From Chrysomallon squamiferum (lineage: Eukaryota > Animalia > Mollusca): a stretch of DNA of 64,000 bases. The notes beneath the pieces were generated by a model. It was not told where the DNA came from. It did no database searches and was given only the letters and a program-made list of their open reading frames with translations. The stretch is taken from assembly GCA_012295275.1 (NCBI GenBank), contig CM022673.1, forward strand, positions 9,796,001 through 9,860,000, written 5' to 3'. Of this stretch, positions 42,643 through 55,811 are shown one piece after another. A program made the position numbers and the translations under genes. Within the stretch, counting starts at the first letter, position 1. The number at the start of each line of letters is the position of its first letter.

Positions 42643-43705
42643 GTGAGAGGAGACAAACAATTTGTTGACTTTAATCTGTTTAAATTTGATTTTATTTCTA
42701 AGAGAAATAATTCTGCGGAGAAAGAGATTTAAAATATTACACTTTGATGTTAATATCAAAAATATTCCTAGCTGCAGTGCAGAAGTTACCGTCAATATTG
42801 TATCCATGCTTTATTTCTATTGCAAAACAAATAGTGTTTCATCATTCACATGCATTAAGTTTTAATATAACTATTTAGATGCCAGCCTACATAAACAAGT
42901 ATGCACAGACATTTCAGGTTTTGTCATTGCATTATTAAACAGTATTCTCTTAAACATACAATTCATTCTTTTTTATTCAATGAATCCACATACGATATTA
43001 TATTTACCTTTGAAAAATATGCTTTCTGTTACCTACATAACCCAACTCATGTTATCGGAAAGGTAGAGGACTAGAGTCTTAAAGGTTGTGATGTGTACTC
43101 TAAAGTCTGCTGGAAAATGTATACAAAATGTCCCTAAAAGCCTTTGTAACCATAATTCACTGAAAGTCTCAAAGAATTTGCTTTTTATATGTCATCATTT
43201 GACGAAAGCCATATGTCCTGACCTCAGTGTAAAAGTACACTGAAGCATGGCTAACAGATGTTCAGTCGTTAATTTGTTCTTTTTCGAAATAAAGACTAAA
43301 ATAAAGACGAAATGTCAAATCCTGGTCGTATTATATACACGACCTCAGCTTATTTATTTATTTTTTTTTTATTTTATTTTATTTTATTTTATTTTATTTC
43401 ATTTCATTTTTTTATTTATTTATTAACTTACATATTCATTCATGATTATACGTGATAATGGAATTACTACTGAAAGGTCAGTAACCTTCCTATCCAACAG
43501 GTTTTACAAGGATAAGAAAAACTTGATTAAGTGATCACTATTCTGCGACGTAGCTGGCAAAAAGATATATTATCAGAGATATTTCATCTTTGACGTCTGC
43601 TTGAGTGATAGGAGATCACTGACGTTTTAACGAACTTGCCAAAAAAATATATACTTCTCTGTTTTTTTCCGTATGTGCAATGACGAAGCAGCTTCGGTGA
43701 CGTAG

Positions 43706-43990
43706 GAGGCGGTCTGTGGTCCAGTGGTTAGATCAGATCATGGGATTAAGACGAGAGTATTCGTGGAATCAGTTCTCCTCAGCGAGCCACCTGAGTTTTA
43801 CCCTTCAAACACGTATTCCACGATGAATGGTTTGACAAAGGCTGTGGCAAGTGCTGTCCGATTTGTGGCGAAAACACGTGTAAAAGATCGTTGGTTGCTA
43901 ATTGATAAAAAAAAAATTATTTCACTGATTGGTAGAAGGAGGTTTCTCTCTCTTTTCCTAACAGTCATGAGACTGAACATTAAAACAATA
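43706..43990 (+). mobile_element. Decayed second SINE family copy (resembles a gastropod core-type SINE)
   Basis: A-box-like TGGTCCAGTGG, then AAAGGCTGTGGCAAGTGCTGTCC..TTGTGG..GTAAAAGATC..TTGCTAAT, similar to a recalled gastropod SINE body. Needs a Dfam/RepeatMasker check. Confidence 0.45.
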
Positions 43991-44107
43991 GGATTGAAAA
44001 CTTGGTCCAAAGTTTTTTTATTTTTAAATTCAGAAAAAAATATATATATATTAAAAAAGACGGAAGCCAAAAAAAAAATAAAATAAAATAAAATAAAATA
44101 AAATAAA

Positions 44108-44158
<51 letters not shown>

Positions 44159-47100
44159 AAAAATAAAATTGTTTTTCCGATTCCTAACAAAATAGTGGTT
44201 GGTCCAAACTGCCTTTTAACTGATCTACAGCAGGGTTTCATCCCATTCACGACATATCTGAGTATGTGTAAAACTATTGTAACCTCTTTTTTTTTTTTTT
44301 TTTTAAAATTAGTTCTGTCACATGGAAGTAATTGATAGTCACGTCACTCCACGTTCTAGATCTACAGAAATTAAGATACACCATATCTCAGTGTCTGTAC
44401 GTAACAAAAATTGTTAATGCCTCAAAACATGCTGTTAAGCTTTATTAGAAGCGGTCATTTATTTATTTGTTTGTTTACTAACACTGGATTGGAATGTAGA
44501 AAACAAATGAGCAATTTTATTCTAAAATAAAATGAATTATAGTAGAAAGAGTAAAAGGTATCTTACAAATGAGCATTACAAAAGTACTTCGGTAGCAAAG
44601 TATAACTTCTTAATAAATTATTAGACCTTCACAGTACCTTGTTACTAAACATTGCCGTGTCATGGACAACTTTTACACACACACACACACATACACACAA
44701 ACACAATTACCAACAAAAATAATAACATAAAATTAATAATAACAATAATCATGTAATAACGAAATAAAAAAATTCTGTTAACAAAACATAAAAAAAAAAA
44801 AAAAATGTAGATAAATATGTGTGTTCATGCAGGGTTTAGAAAGTATGTTTATTTGTGCGCACGTGCAGACTTTAATAATGGAGAAAATGCAGCTAAGTTT
44901 GCACACCTTTCAGGGCTCACTGGTTTTTCTACAAGTGACGTCACAGTAAAACTAAAACTGGTTAAACTAGAAGCCAGTGACGTAGAAATGACTGTTTGGT
45001 ACATCACCGTGACAAGACATGTCACTCTCATTCACAAATAATATATTTCCTTTAAAAAAAAAGGAGAATCTGTTTACGTATTGCTTGGTAACCAACGGGA
45101 CATATACCAGTCGTGTCAACAGTTTGTTGTTTAGCAGTAAACAACAGGAAAATTATCGTCACTGGACGCATCTAGCAGAACAGACCCAGGTTTTAAACTA
45201 GCTGGGTGGGTTGGGGTGTTAATGTAGGACAGTTTGTATGGGGAAATGCAAAAATAAACACAACAAAACAATAAATAAAAAGTTACTCATCTATTTGTAT
45301 GTTGTGTATATGAAAAAACCCATTAGTGAGCGATTTTGTGATTGTAGGAATACAACTCAGAAAGGCACTGACAGTCATCAAAAAGTCAACAACCAGTTAT
45401 AAAGAGAATAGAATAGAATAGAGTAGAGTAAAGTAGAATAGAACAGAATAGAATGAATGAATGAAAAATTGGCTATAATGTGAAGATAATGAAGTGAATG
45501 ACATTACTATTACAACTGCTTCATTGCCATCATCAGCTATTCTGCTACAACTAAATATCTTTATGATTATTTTACTATTTCAGCTGTTGATATTAGCAAA
45601 ACTGCTACTAACTCTACTGATGAGTATAGCAATAGTATTACTCTTTAGCTGCCACCGTCACAACTCCTATAGCTACAATCTTTATACGAATGTCAACCGA
45701 GCAAATCCAGCAGAAAAGAGTTTTGGATAAAAATAATAAAATCAGTTTGCTCGCACGCATGCATAATACTCACAGGAATTCATGCTGTAAAGTGAAGGAA
45801 AGAGAGTCTCGGCATACGTCTGTATATAACGATCACTATTAATAAAATAACCGTTATGTGACATGTGATTATTAATTTACCGTTGTACCTTCACCAATCC
45901 CATTAAGCGTTATCGGAAACACATTTAATTTATATCAGAACTAATAAATGTGTTATTGTTCTTTACGTAATTTAGCGGTTTGGACTCATACGATTTTTCC
46001 TTGCAAGACTTTTTCCCTTTCCCTGGTGAACCATTTCGCCACCCGTGTGATACGCATTGTTTCCTGCACAGTGACTATTAATAACTAAATAACACATTTA
46101 GTCTGAATGACGCAATGTATCGAACCGACGATGACGTGTAGTACTTCATAAATTACTGTTTTATGAGTTCGGAGAGGTTACGTGCTGAAATTCATGCTGA
46201 TGCAACAATGAATCACACTATTAATGACTAAATAATAAATTTGTTTTAACCTTTTGCGAATCATAACATTTTGACAATTTTTAAAATTAAGGTAATTGCA
46301 AATGTCTCCAAAATGTTCATCCTGGGTTAAAAAAAAAAAGAAAAAAAGTAATGGTGGCAGCTTGATTCTGAAAAGATGTGTAGAATATTTATTGATGACT
46401 TTAAATATAAAATATATACCAAATGCAGTTTCTTTTTTTCTATAATAAAAAGAAAATGATAAATACTAGTTTGCAATTTTATTTCACTATTTTCGTAATT
46501 CGTATTCAACTTTCACTTCAGTGTATTTTCGAGTTGTGGCAGCATCTAGTCTTTGTATGAATTATTTTTTTTAGCTAATTTATAATTCATTTAGGCGAGA
46601 CTGTTAAAACTCCAAACATTAAATATTACTGCTTCAAAATTTAATATTTCTTCTTGGGTGCAAGACACAAAAATAAACATATTCCTCTCGCTACCTTCAC
46701 CTAGCAGACATTAACTATATTCCTGTAGTAGACATTTATTTTGTCTTTTAGCTTTACTGCAGGATTTTATTTATATTCATTCAGGATTACTGCTGCTGCT
46801 GCTGTTATTATTATTATTATTATTATTTTTATTTTTATTATTCTCGTTGTTGTTGTTGTTGTTGAGCAGTAGTAGTAGTTGTTCTTGTTGCTGTAGTTTT
46901 TTAAATATTTTTATTTTATTTTATAAATTGTTTGGCCTTTTCTGTTTGTTGATTATTATTATTATTATTATTATTCATGTTGTTGTTGTTGTTGTTGTTG
47001 CGTACACCGCGACAGTTTGTTTTTGTTTTTTTTTCTGAAAAAGAAAAGGAGTAAAATGACAACTGTAAACACTGACAATATGCACACTGTGATTTAAAAC

Positions 47101-47396
47101 AAATTGTATATGGATTCATGTAAAATGCCACAAAGACTAATTTGACCTGTCACAGGAACAAGACAAAAACAACGAAACGAAAACCGCCAGACACAATTTC
47201 ATCAGTAATACATGCACCGCCATTGCAGTATTGACAAATTAACGCGAAGAACCGCAAACCTGCTTCATTCATCACGACACGTGTGCTTTATTTATTAAAA
47301 ATACTAAAGTCAGTATATCGTAACGGTTTGTACTCATAGTACCCATATAGACAGCGGGAGATATATAACAAACAAACAAACAAAACAAATTAATAA

Positions 47397-47471
<75 letters not shown>

Positions 47472-47631
47472 AAATAAAAATAATAATACAAAATTGCTGT
47501 ACCTAAAGTTTGAAAGGCTTTAAAATTTATTGGAATGTCGAATGTCTTTAACTTACGTTTAATTTATTTGTTACAACATTTATTTCGGAATTTCTATATA
47601 TTATATGTGATTTGCTTATTTATCTGAAATT

Positions 47632-47700
47632 GGGCAGAGAACCACTGATAGCTCGTGCAAAGCACCTGGATTTCGGGAAACCACAGTTTGAAAACTTCTG
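47632..47700. mobile_element. hAT/Charlie-like MITE end remnant
   Basis: ...GGAAACCACAGTTTGAAAACTTCTG resembles the CACAGTTTGAAAACCACTG termini of Charlie-type elements. Confidence 0.3.
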
Positions 47701-47928
47701 TGGTTAGCTACCTGTTAATAAAGCAACGCTGTTGATACAGTGCTGCTGCTGCTGCTGCTGCTGCAATTACTGTTGATGTTTCTGAACTACTACTACTACT
47801 ACATCTACTACCACTACCACTACTCTGCTCTGTTGCTGTTATTACAACCATCATCTTCACTTCTATACTACCAGTACTACTACTATAACTCTTACTACTA
47901 TTACCACTTCAACCACTGTTACTGCTGT

Positions 47929-47978
<50 letters not shown>

Positions 47979-48599
47979 GAAGTACTACTAGTACTATTCA
48001 TAGTATTACTGCATCACTATTACTACAGCAATTACTTTTGCTCCTCTACTACAAAGCATAGGCTTTTTTTTTTTTTTTTTTTTTTTTAATAATGGGAAGA
48101 AAAAATTGATCACAAAAAACCCCCCAAAACCAAAAAAAACGAACAAACAAACAAAAAACAAAACAACAACAAATACACAAACAAACAACAACAAAAAAAC
48201 AACAAAAAACGAATACGAATATAATAATAATAATATTAATAATAATAATCTCCATAAGTAACAGCAACATCCTCTCATCTTCACCAGCAGCACAATTATT
48301 GACAAATGCAACAACACAGCTGTAAAAATATACGAAAAACCTAAACATGAATTTATATTTTCTTCTTCAATAAGATCTAAGTTCACTTAATAGAAGTTAA
48401 TTACCAAAAGAGTGCAAAGGGAAGAAACTCCAGTATTAACGCTACACTCAAAACGTCCATTAAACTTTTCATTTTTTTTCTTCTTTTTTTTTTTCTTTCG
48501 ACTTCACAATTATTTATTAATTTACTCACAATCATTAACCGATGATTACGCAGTGACAGGACATTAAATTTTTCCTTATTCACCTTAAGGAAACGTCAA

Positions 48600-48645
48600 A
48601 CATCAGCGTGCTCTTCGCCGCAATAATCTTGGCTATCCCGAACAT

Positions 48646-48678
<33 letters not shown>

Positions 48679-49050
48679 AAGGTTCCGTGTCATGTCCATC
48701 CTATGGACAGTGTCGTTGCCTTAGCCGCAGTTATTAGCATCACGAGAGGTCACAATGAGACTGTCGCTGCAGCGCTGAGGTGTAACATTAGCTGAAGGTG
48801 TTACTGTTGTCGAGGTAACCCCGATGTGTCACTCTTTGATGGACATGGTTCACGGTTTAATGTGGGACGTACCAATAGCAATGCATGTCTCACATCCGAC
48901 CAGCCATCGCCATTTTGCGGCACATTCGGCTAATTCATCAATCACGGCTCGACATAATTATATCTACGATATTTTTAAGGCCCGATCCAAAGCCCTTCGA
49001 GTCAGTGTTGGGACGGGACGTCTGGCTGTGAGGTCTTGGAGCAAGAGAAA
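48600..49050 (+). promoter_or_regulatory. Putative promoter upstream of exon A
   Basis: CpG-rich island with CCAAT (~48872), YY1-like CGCCATTTTG (~48909), Inr-like TCAGT (~49002) and an X-box half-site GTTGCC (~48715), about 500 bp before the ATG at 49558. Confidence 0.45.
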
Positions 49051-49557
49051 GAAGTACTAGGTTTTTGATAGAAAGAAAGTCGCTATTCGTCGTAGTGCTT
49101 TCTTTTTGCAAAAAGCTTAAGTTAGAAAAGTGCTTGAACTGAAAAAAAAAAATATATATAACAAATTTTTTTTTTTTTTTTTTTTAAATTTATATTGAAG
49201 ATTTTTACACTTCTACTTACTGCAAAAAAAATCAGATTTGAAAAGAACAGTTTGCATATTTTTTGTTTTCTTTTTTTAAATTAAAACTTTTTAAAAGATA
49301 AAAATATTTTATTCAAGTTTTAAAATTTGTTCCCCCTGCTGTTTCTCAAGGACTGTCTAAAACGTAAACCAGAACATTCGAATCTCGTTAATTCGAAGAA
49401 ACATCGCCTGTGGTGTTGTCCATTGCGGTATAGCACGCTGCACTTCCACCTTTTCGAAACAAACTTTTGCAAGTGCATCTGAGCTTTGGGGTTCTCTGGG
49501 ATAACTTCTGAACAGTGAACAACAGAACGTTAATACTGAAAAATTAACAAAAGTAAA

Positions 49558-49658
49558 ATGACGGCATCAGCTCACGGATTTCCGCCAATTCACGGCGTCC
49601 CGAAAGGAGCAGCGAAACACCTGGATTGCGTGAAGAAACTGAGACATAAATCCAGAAT
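49558..49658 (+). CDS. Candidate alternative first coding exon A of the Hv gene (MTASAHGFPPIHGVPKGAAKHLDCVKKLRHKSR-)
   Basis: AAAATG start context, 33 open GC-rich codons, strong donor AT|gtaagt in phase 2 matching the 63253 acceptor. A promoter-like CpG-rich region lies at 48600-49050. Confidence 0.7.
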
Positions 49659-49694
49659 GTAAGTATTTTTAATTTCTTTTTTATCATCATCATC

Positions 49695-49743
<49 letters not shown>

Positions 49744-50251
49744 CTCATGCTTTCGTTAGTTACAAGTCTATATATTTACTATTTAATTTCTTTTTTCTTG
49801 CTTTCTTTCTTGCTTGTGTATGTATGCATGTATATGTAAGTCTTTATGTATTCTAAATATTCATTTGAAACAGATCCATAGCAGTGTATCTTCAATATTT
49901 CATTTACAAATGGCGCTGATTCGTTTTATTTACTATATTTGTATTTGTTTGTTTGTAATAATAACTTTTGCGTACACATTTTCGCTATTTTTAGTAAAAC
50001 GTTTTAATACGAATGGCTTTATTTAAGTGTTCTCGCATGACTGACTGCAAAAGGTGCGAACGTATTTATTTTAAACATTTTATCATCACGTTCTGGATGA
50101 CAGAAATAATCTATTGTACTGCATCACTGTGCATTATGCGTTTAAAAAACAGTTTTCACTAGATTTGTAAAGTTAAACATAGGATGAAACCATCGATTGT
50201 GGCAATATACATGTTCCGATAAGCACGTTGCGATAATAACGAATATTTAAT

Positions 50252-50282
<31 letters not shown>

Positions 50283-50769
50283 GTTAGTTAGTTAGTTAGT
50301 TAGTTACCTTAACCATTTTTATATTACGAGCTGCTTAGTTCAACATTATCATTTTGTAACGACATTGTCAGAAAATGTTCATACGATGGCCTGCTCTGTG
50401 TATTTATTATAATTATGCTCTAACATTTGCAATAAAAATAAATTCTTTACATGGGCACCTATTATTACTGAGTAACAGTATGTCATGCCTAGCTTCAAAT
50501 AACCTTGCAAATGTTGCAAATTTAGATGTCAGCCATTACAGCTATTATTACTATTCTTCCTCCTTTGTTTTCGGAGGATCTTTGACAAGACACGGGATGA
50601 CTCACCGAGAGAGTGACAGATTTATGAAACTGTTGACACTTTTAGATTATTTTGTCTGGCTGTGGATTTCACAAGTCCCTTTAAAAGACATTTTGAGTAT
50701 CAGTGGCAACCGCAAAGCCCTGAAAATATAAAACAGTTATTGTTTCGGTAATTATAATAATGGTGATGA

Positions 50770-51365
50770 CGATATTAAAACAGTCACAAATACTTACATA
50801 CATGCATATAATTATATAGTTACAAACAAACAAACAAATTAACAAATATCCAGGTACTCACATACATACATTATATAAATACAAATATATATATACATAT
50901 TCATTATTACAGCTATGCAAACCTGCATGCATATGCATACATGCATATATACATGAATATATGCATACATGCATGCACACATTCATTTATATATATATAT
51001 GCATACATTATATACGTGCATACATTCATACTTTGTACTTGTTCAGTCTATTCAGATAGTCATTAAACAAACACGAATAAAAACAAATACAGACATATAT
51101 ACATACATACATACACACATATACACATATATTTATATATACATAACTGCATAAATACATGCTTATATACATGAATAGATTCATACATATATACACACAT
51201 ACATACATATATCATACACATTCATTTATATATACATAATTGCATATGTACATGATTATACACATGAATACATGCATAGATTCATACTTATATACATACA
51301 TACATATATAATACTGTACATAAATGCATTCATACATTCATAATTTGTGCTGGTGCAATCTATTC
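50770..51365. repeat. TACA/TGCA-rich low-complexity block with internal duplication
   Basis: CATACATTCATA.TTTGT.CT.GT.CA.TCTATTCA occurs at 51020 and again at 51331. Confidence 0.6.
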
Positions 51366-51934
51366 AAACAACAAAACAGTTAACAAAAAAAAAAAAAAAA
51401 AATAAATAAATAAAAATCCTCGCATTTTCGTTTAAATACTCTTTGAACTTCTCTGATTTTGACGTCGCTTTGAACACACGAACATTTTTGTGGTTTTTCA
51501 CATCGTGTCAGCTGACGTACATCTTTATTACACACACGCGACGTACGTTCAGATACTTAATTTTGACAGCTACCTCATATTTGTTTGTCTGTCATTTCGC
51601 CTCACCCGAGTCCATTTTTCTTTTTGATGCACAGCTGTTTCCTGTGGATGGTGACACGTCATATAACTCTCGCGTATTTCAGCTGCTTTTAATTTAACAG
51701 CATCTTTGAACGAAGTTAAATTATTTGCCCATATTTGGCATGAAATTCATTTGTTTTGTTTTAGGATATATAAATTTAAATCCTGACAAGTTACTTTAAT
51801 TTCGGCTGTAAAAGTAGGCAGTGCTGGTATTTTTGGCTTTTAATTTACGAACGATATATTTAGGAAGAATAAATTTCGTACAGTTCAAGTAACGTTATCA
51901 TTCTTCTTAGAATTTCCTGCAATAAATAAATAAG

Positions 51935-52090
51935 ACGGCATGAGCTGGTAATCTTATTAAGGCGCGAAGGGTCGTTGGATCCATCCACCTCGCAGAACCA
52001 TTTGGGTTATTTACCAGTGCCCTGTGGCTGGTTTCATAAAGCCAAGTTATGTGCTTTTATGTCTACAGCCAGGAACAAAGAACAGTTTCT
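51935..52090 (+). mobile_element. Highly decayed SINE fragment, possibly the same family as 43706
   Basis: GGTCGTTGGATCCATCC (B-box-like) followed by CCATTTGGGTTATTT..CCAGTGC..CTGGT..AAAGCC..TATGTGCT. Confidence 0.35.
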
Positions 52091-52530
52091 TGACTCCTTC
52101 CTTTGTCCTTCAGCGTGCAGAAAATATGTCCTTGTTTTCAGATTATAATTATAAAGCTAAAAAGCGAAATAGTAGTCGTCTGATATCTGACTACGAAAAT
52201 GTTACCTTACCGTTTAATTTTTTTCCCTTTTTACACTGAATCTTTTGTTATTTAATTTTTTTGTTTTTTAAATTTAAATTTATTGGATACGCTGATGTTG
52301 GCAAATCAGGGATTCTAGCTAAGAGCGGTATGCACAGTGTGCATATTGTTAGTTTTACAGTTGTCCTGTTTGTGAGAAACCCTTGTCCACAAATACCATA
52401 CCCATACACCTCTGACTTCATCAACATCACCATCACCATCATCATTATTTCATTATTTTATAAAAAATTTTTTTATTGTTTAGTGTATATATAGTAATAC
52501 TAAAAATAAAATACTACTACTGCTACTATC

Positions 52531-52644
<114 letters not shown>

Positions 52645-53929
52645 ACTCGCGGAGGATTTTCTTTGACCTTGGCGAGTGTGTTGAAACCGAGACACTCATT
52701 CACTGTTACATATGCCACATTTATCAAGTCGCTTCTTTGCTATTCTTTTCTTCTCGCTGCGGCTACATTTGTTTGGCTGTCACTTCACCATCTAAACTTA
52801 GAACGCTCTCCTTTTTGATGTAGAACCATTTCCTGTTGTTTTAGTCATAACTTTGATTCATTTCATATTCAGCTATTTCAAAGTTATGTTTGGACAATAA
52901 ATATGTCCATTTTTTTCATTATTATAATTATTATTTTTTTTTATTTTTTTTAAGTATATATAGAAAAAAGTCTAATGAACCAAAATTTGAAATAATTTAA
53001 TATTTCTATTTCGTTCGTCTTTGTATGTCCATAGCAATATTATTTTCGTATCATGTGCAGGTGTTTCAAAGTAACTTTAATGTTAACCGAAAGGACTGTT
53101 TTATGACAAATTCTTGATTTATTTTGTTGATGTTTTTTGATAAGAAGGTTGTATATAAATTCTTTAAAAATACTTTTTACGGAAAATTATTATAAACACG
53201 ATTTCTTTTATTTGCATTGTCAAATCATGCAGACTGATAAGACGATAACCTGTACAGAAGCTGGAATGTAAAATAAATGAAAGATTCAAACTATAGGTCT
53301 GTTCACATAATGCAATTTGCAGAAACTATATCATTTCAGTAAGCTACAATAGCGATCAAAAACAGCTGCACAGTTTGAGGTTGTTGTTTTTTTTCTTCAT
53401 TTATCTAATTCTAAAAAACTGACTGGATATATATCTGCATGTCTCTTTGTCCTCCAAAAAAACTTAAAACGACATTCACAATAAATCGTTACATCAAATC
53501 GCTTAGTGTAAAGGCACAGCTGTCGATCGAAAAGAAAAACAAATTCTGGATAATCATCGAACGGCTCAAAATTATTGCTTGTAAATTCATAACTGGTTCA
53601 AGTACAACTAAAACGTCCACTGTTGTGCGTGACAGAAAAACACATAGTAAATAGAAGATCTCTTTCTAAGGGGAGCTAACCTCTTACTCTGTCAGTGAGT
53701 CAACACTAGATTAGCGCTGTGTTGTAAACTAGTCACTTCGCCTAACATTAAAGTTATATTAGGATGAAGAGGTTTGATATTATTGTTATAATGTACGATT
53801 GTAATTAACGATGGGCTGTTTACATTCAGACATACAGAAACCGAACAACAACAACAACAACAACAACACACGCACACACACACACACACATACAGATGTA
53901 ACATGCATAACGATGACATGAGAAAACGT

Positions 53930-54120
53930 GGATTGTCTTCATGGCCAAACAGTAATGTCGTCCGCCTTCGAAGTGCGGGCGAATGGGTTCGAGTCTCGTC
54001 ACGGCATCTGACGGGGTTTATGAAGTGGTGATTGGACTTTGTCCTCCTGCGCCAGTTTGTCTAATAAGACGTAGATAAGACACAGAATGTTCAAATCCTA
54101 AAATACATGTATACATACAT
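53930..54120 (+). mobile_element. tRNA-derived SINE (tRNA-Arg(TCG)-like head), near full length, (TACA)n tail
   Basis: A-box-like TGGCCAAACAGT (53942), B box GGTTCGAGTCT (53986), anticodon-like loop CTTCGAA. The body is shared with the copies at 30263 and 54633. Confidence 0.85.
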
Positions 54121-54632
54121 ACACATGCAACATGCTTAAAGATGACATGTCAAAAATATATTGTGAAAGCTTTGTTGTCGAGTACATAGATACATACATA
54201 CATACATATATATATATACATATATATACATACATACATACATACATACATACATACATGCATGCATACATACATACATAAATATATACATACATACATA
54301 TATACGCAATAGTTCTTTTCACCATTTTCTGAGTTCAAATATATACAAAATTTACGGAATAAAACTATTTTTAGTGACTTAGTACACATATTTCTCTTGC
54401 ATCGCTTTTGAATGTATTCCTTTTTGCTCTTCAAGAAATATTTTTAATTTTCCGACTAAACAAATACCTTTAAAAAATCATTCATACACCAAAAAAGATT
54501 GAGTACTTTTGTCATCCAAAATATCGTTTTTCTTATCCCTTTTATAGTTCAGTTCTATGTAAAACTGCACGAGGACTTTATAACAACCTTGTACATACAT
54601 ACATAAATACGTACGTACGTACATACATACAA

Positions 54633-54785
54633 GACGGGGTTTGTGAGGTCGTGATTGGACTTTGTCCTCCTGCGTTCCCGAATATTGTCTGTGTGCAGAT
54701 TCTAATCAGACGTACATAAGACAGATACTATTCAAATCCTAAACTACATACATACATACATACATACATACATACATACATACAT
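54633..54785 (+). mobile_element. 5'-truncated copy of the same SINE with a long (TACA)n tail
   Basis: GACGGGGTTTGTGAGGTCGTGATTGGACTTTGTCCTCCTGCG...TTCAAATCCTAAAC(TACA)n. Confidence 0.85.
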
Positions 54786-55291
54786 AAATACATTTTATAT
54801 ACATACATACATACATACATACATACATACATACATTTTTTATATACATACATACATACGTACATTCATACACAGAGGTACATACCTACATATATAGAAA
54901 ATGAGCAAACGAGATAAAACAAACAAACAAAATTTAAAAGCGTTAGACAAACTTTAACTGACAAATGGTTTTAAAGTACAGACCATCCCACAAAATATAT
55001 ATATATATATATATATATATTCTTTTAAAACAGGATCCACCAAATCTTAAGATATGTCATCTTACCCATGTTGTAAACATGTCGCTAAATGATGACGGCC
55101 ATAAATACTGTGTAATAAGTAATGACACCTTGTTAACATAAGGGTTTCATATGCAATATATTAATTTTAACAACTCAAATCATCTTAGCGAAATTTACGA
55201 CTAATGAAAAGTAAAACTTTCCTAAATGCTAGAGTACAAATGTCATGAATAGATACACGCCTGCCAAAACCGAGTCAGACCGCCATACAAG

Positions 55292-55428
55292 ATGGATGAC
55301 AGTAGCGCCCCCTATCGGAGGGTTTCCTCCAGCTCCAGCAAAAGGGTTTCCTTAGTTCTGAGCGGTGACAGTAACAGACCGAGTCAGTCCGATTCAGAGG
55401 AGAAACCGAAAAAAAGTAGAATGAGGAG
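55292..55428 (+). CDS. Candidate alternative first coding exon B of the Hv gene (MDDSSAPYRRVSSSSSKRVSLVLSGDSNRPSQSDSEEKPKKSRMR-)
   Basis: caagATG with an in-frame stop upstream and no pyrimidine-rich acceptor, 45 open codons, donor AG|gtatgt in phase 2. The spliced product would read ...KKSRMRRFRKRLS. Confidence 0.72.
55300..55318 (-). promoter_or_regulatory. CTCF-like core motif
   Basis: Minus strand CCGATAGGGGGCGCTACTG versus consensus CCASYAGRKGGCRSY; two mismatches. Confidence 0.4.
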
Positions 55429-55540
55429 GTATGTGGCGTAATACTGAAAATAAAAAGTCTGTGATTTTTAAATTTTTTTTTTAAATAAAAAAGCTACCTT
55501 TAATTTATAAGATACAATAGAAATTAAATAATAATAATAA

Positions 55541-55597
<57 letters not shown>

Positions 55598-55680
55598 CGT
55601 CATCATCATTATCATTTCTATTACAAAGAGAATAAAAACAAATAATAATAAAAAAATTTAACAAAACAAAATTACTGCTG

Positions 55681-55754
<74 letters not shown>

Positions 55755-55780
55755 TAAAAAAAACAACATTATAAATGGAC

Positions 55781-55811
<31 letters not shown>

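Noticed and set aside
53930-54006. Functional tRNA-Arg gene
   Set aside because: The stems are broken, there is no oligo-T terminator, and it continues into a body and tail repeated elsewhere in the window, so it is a SINE head.
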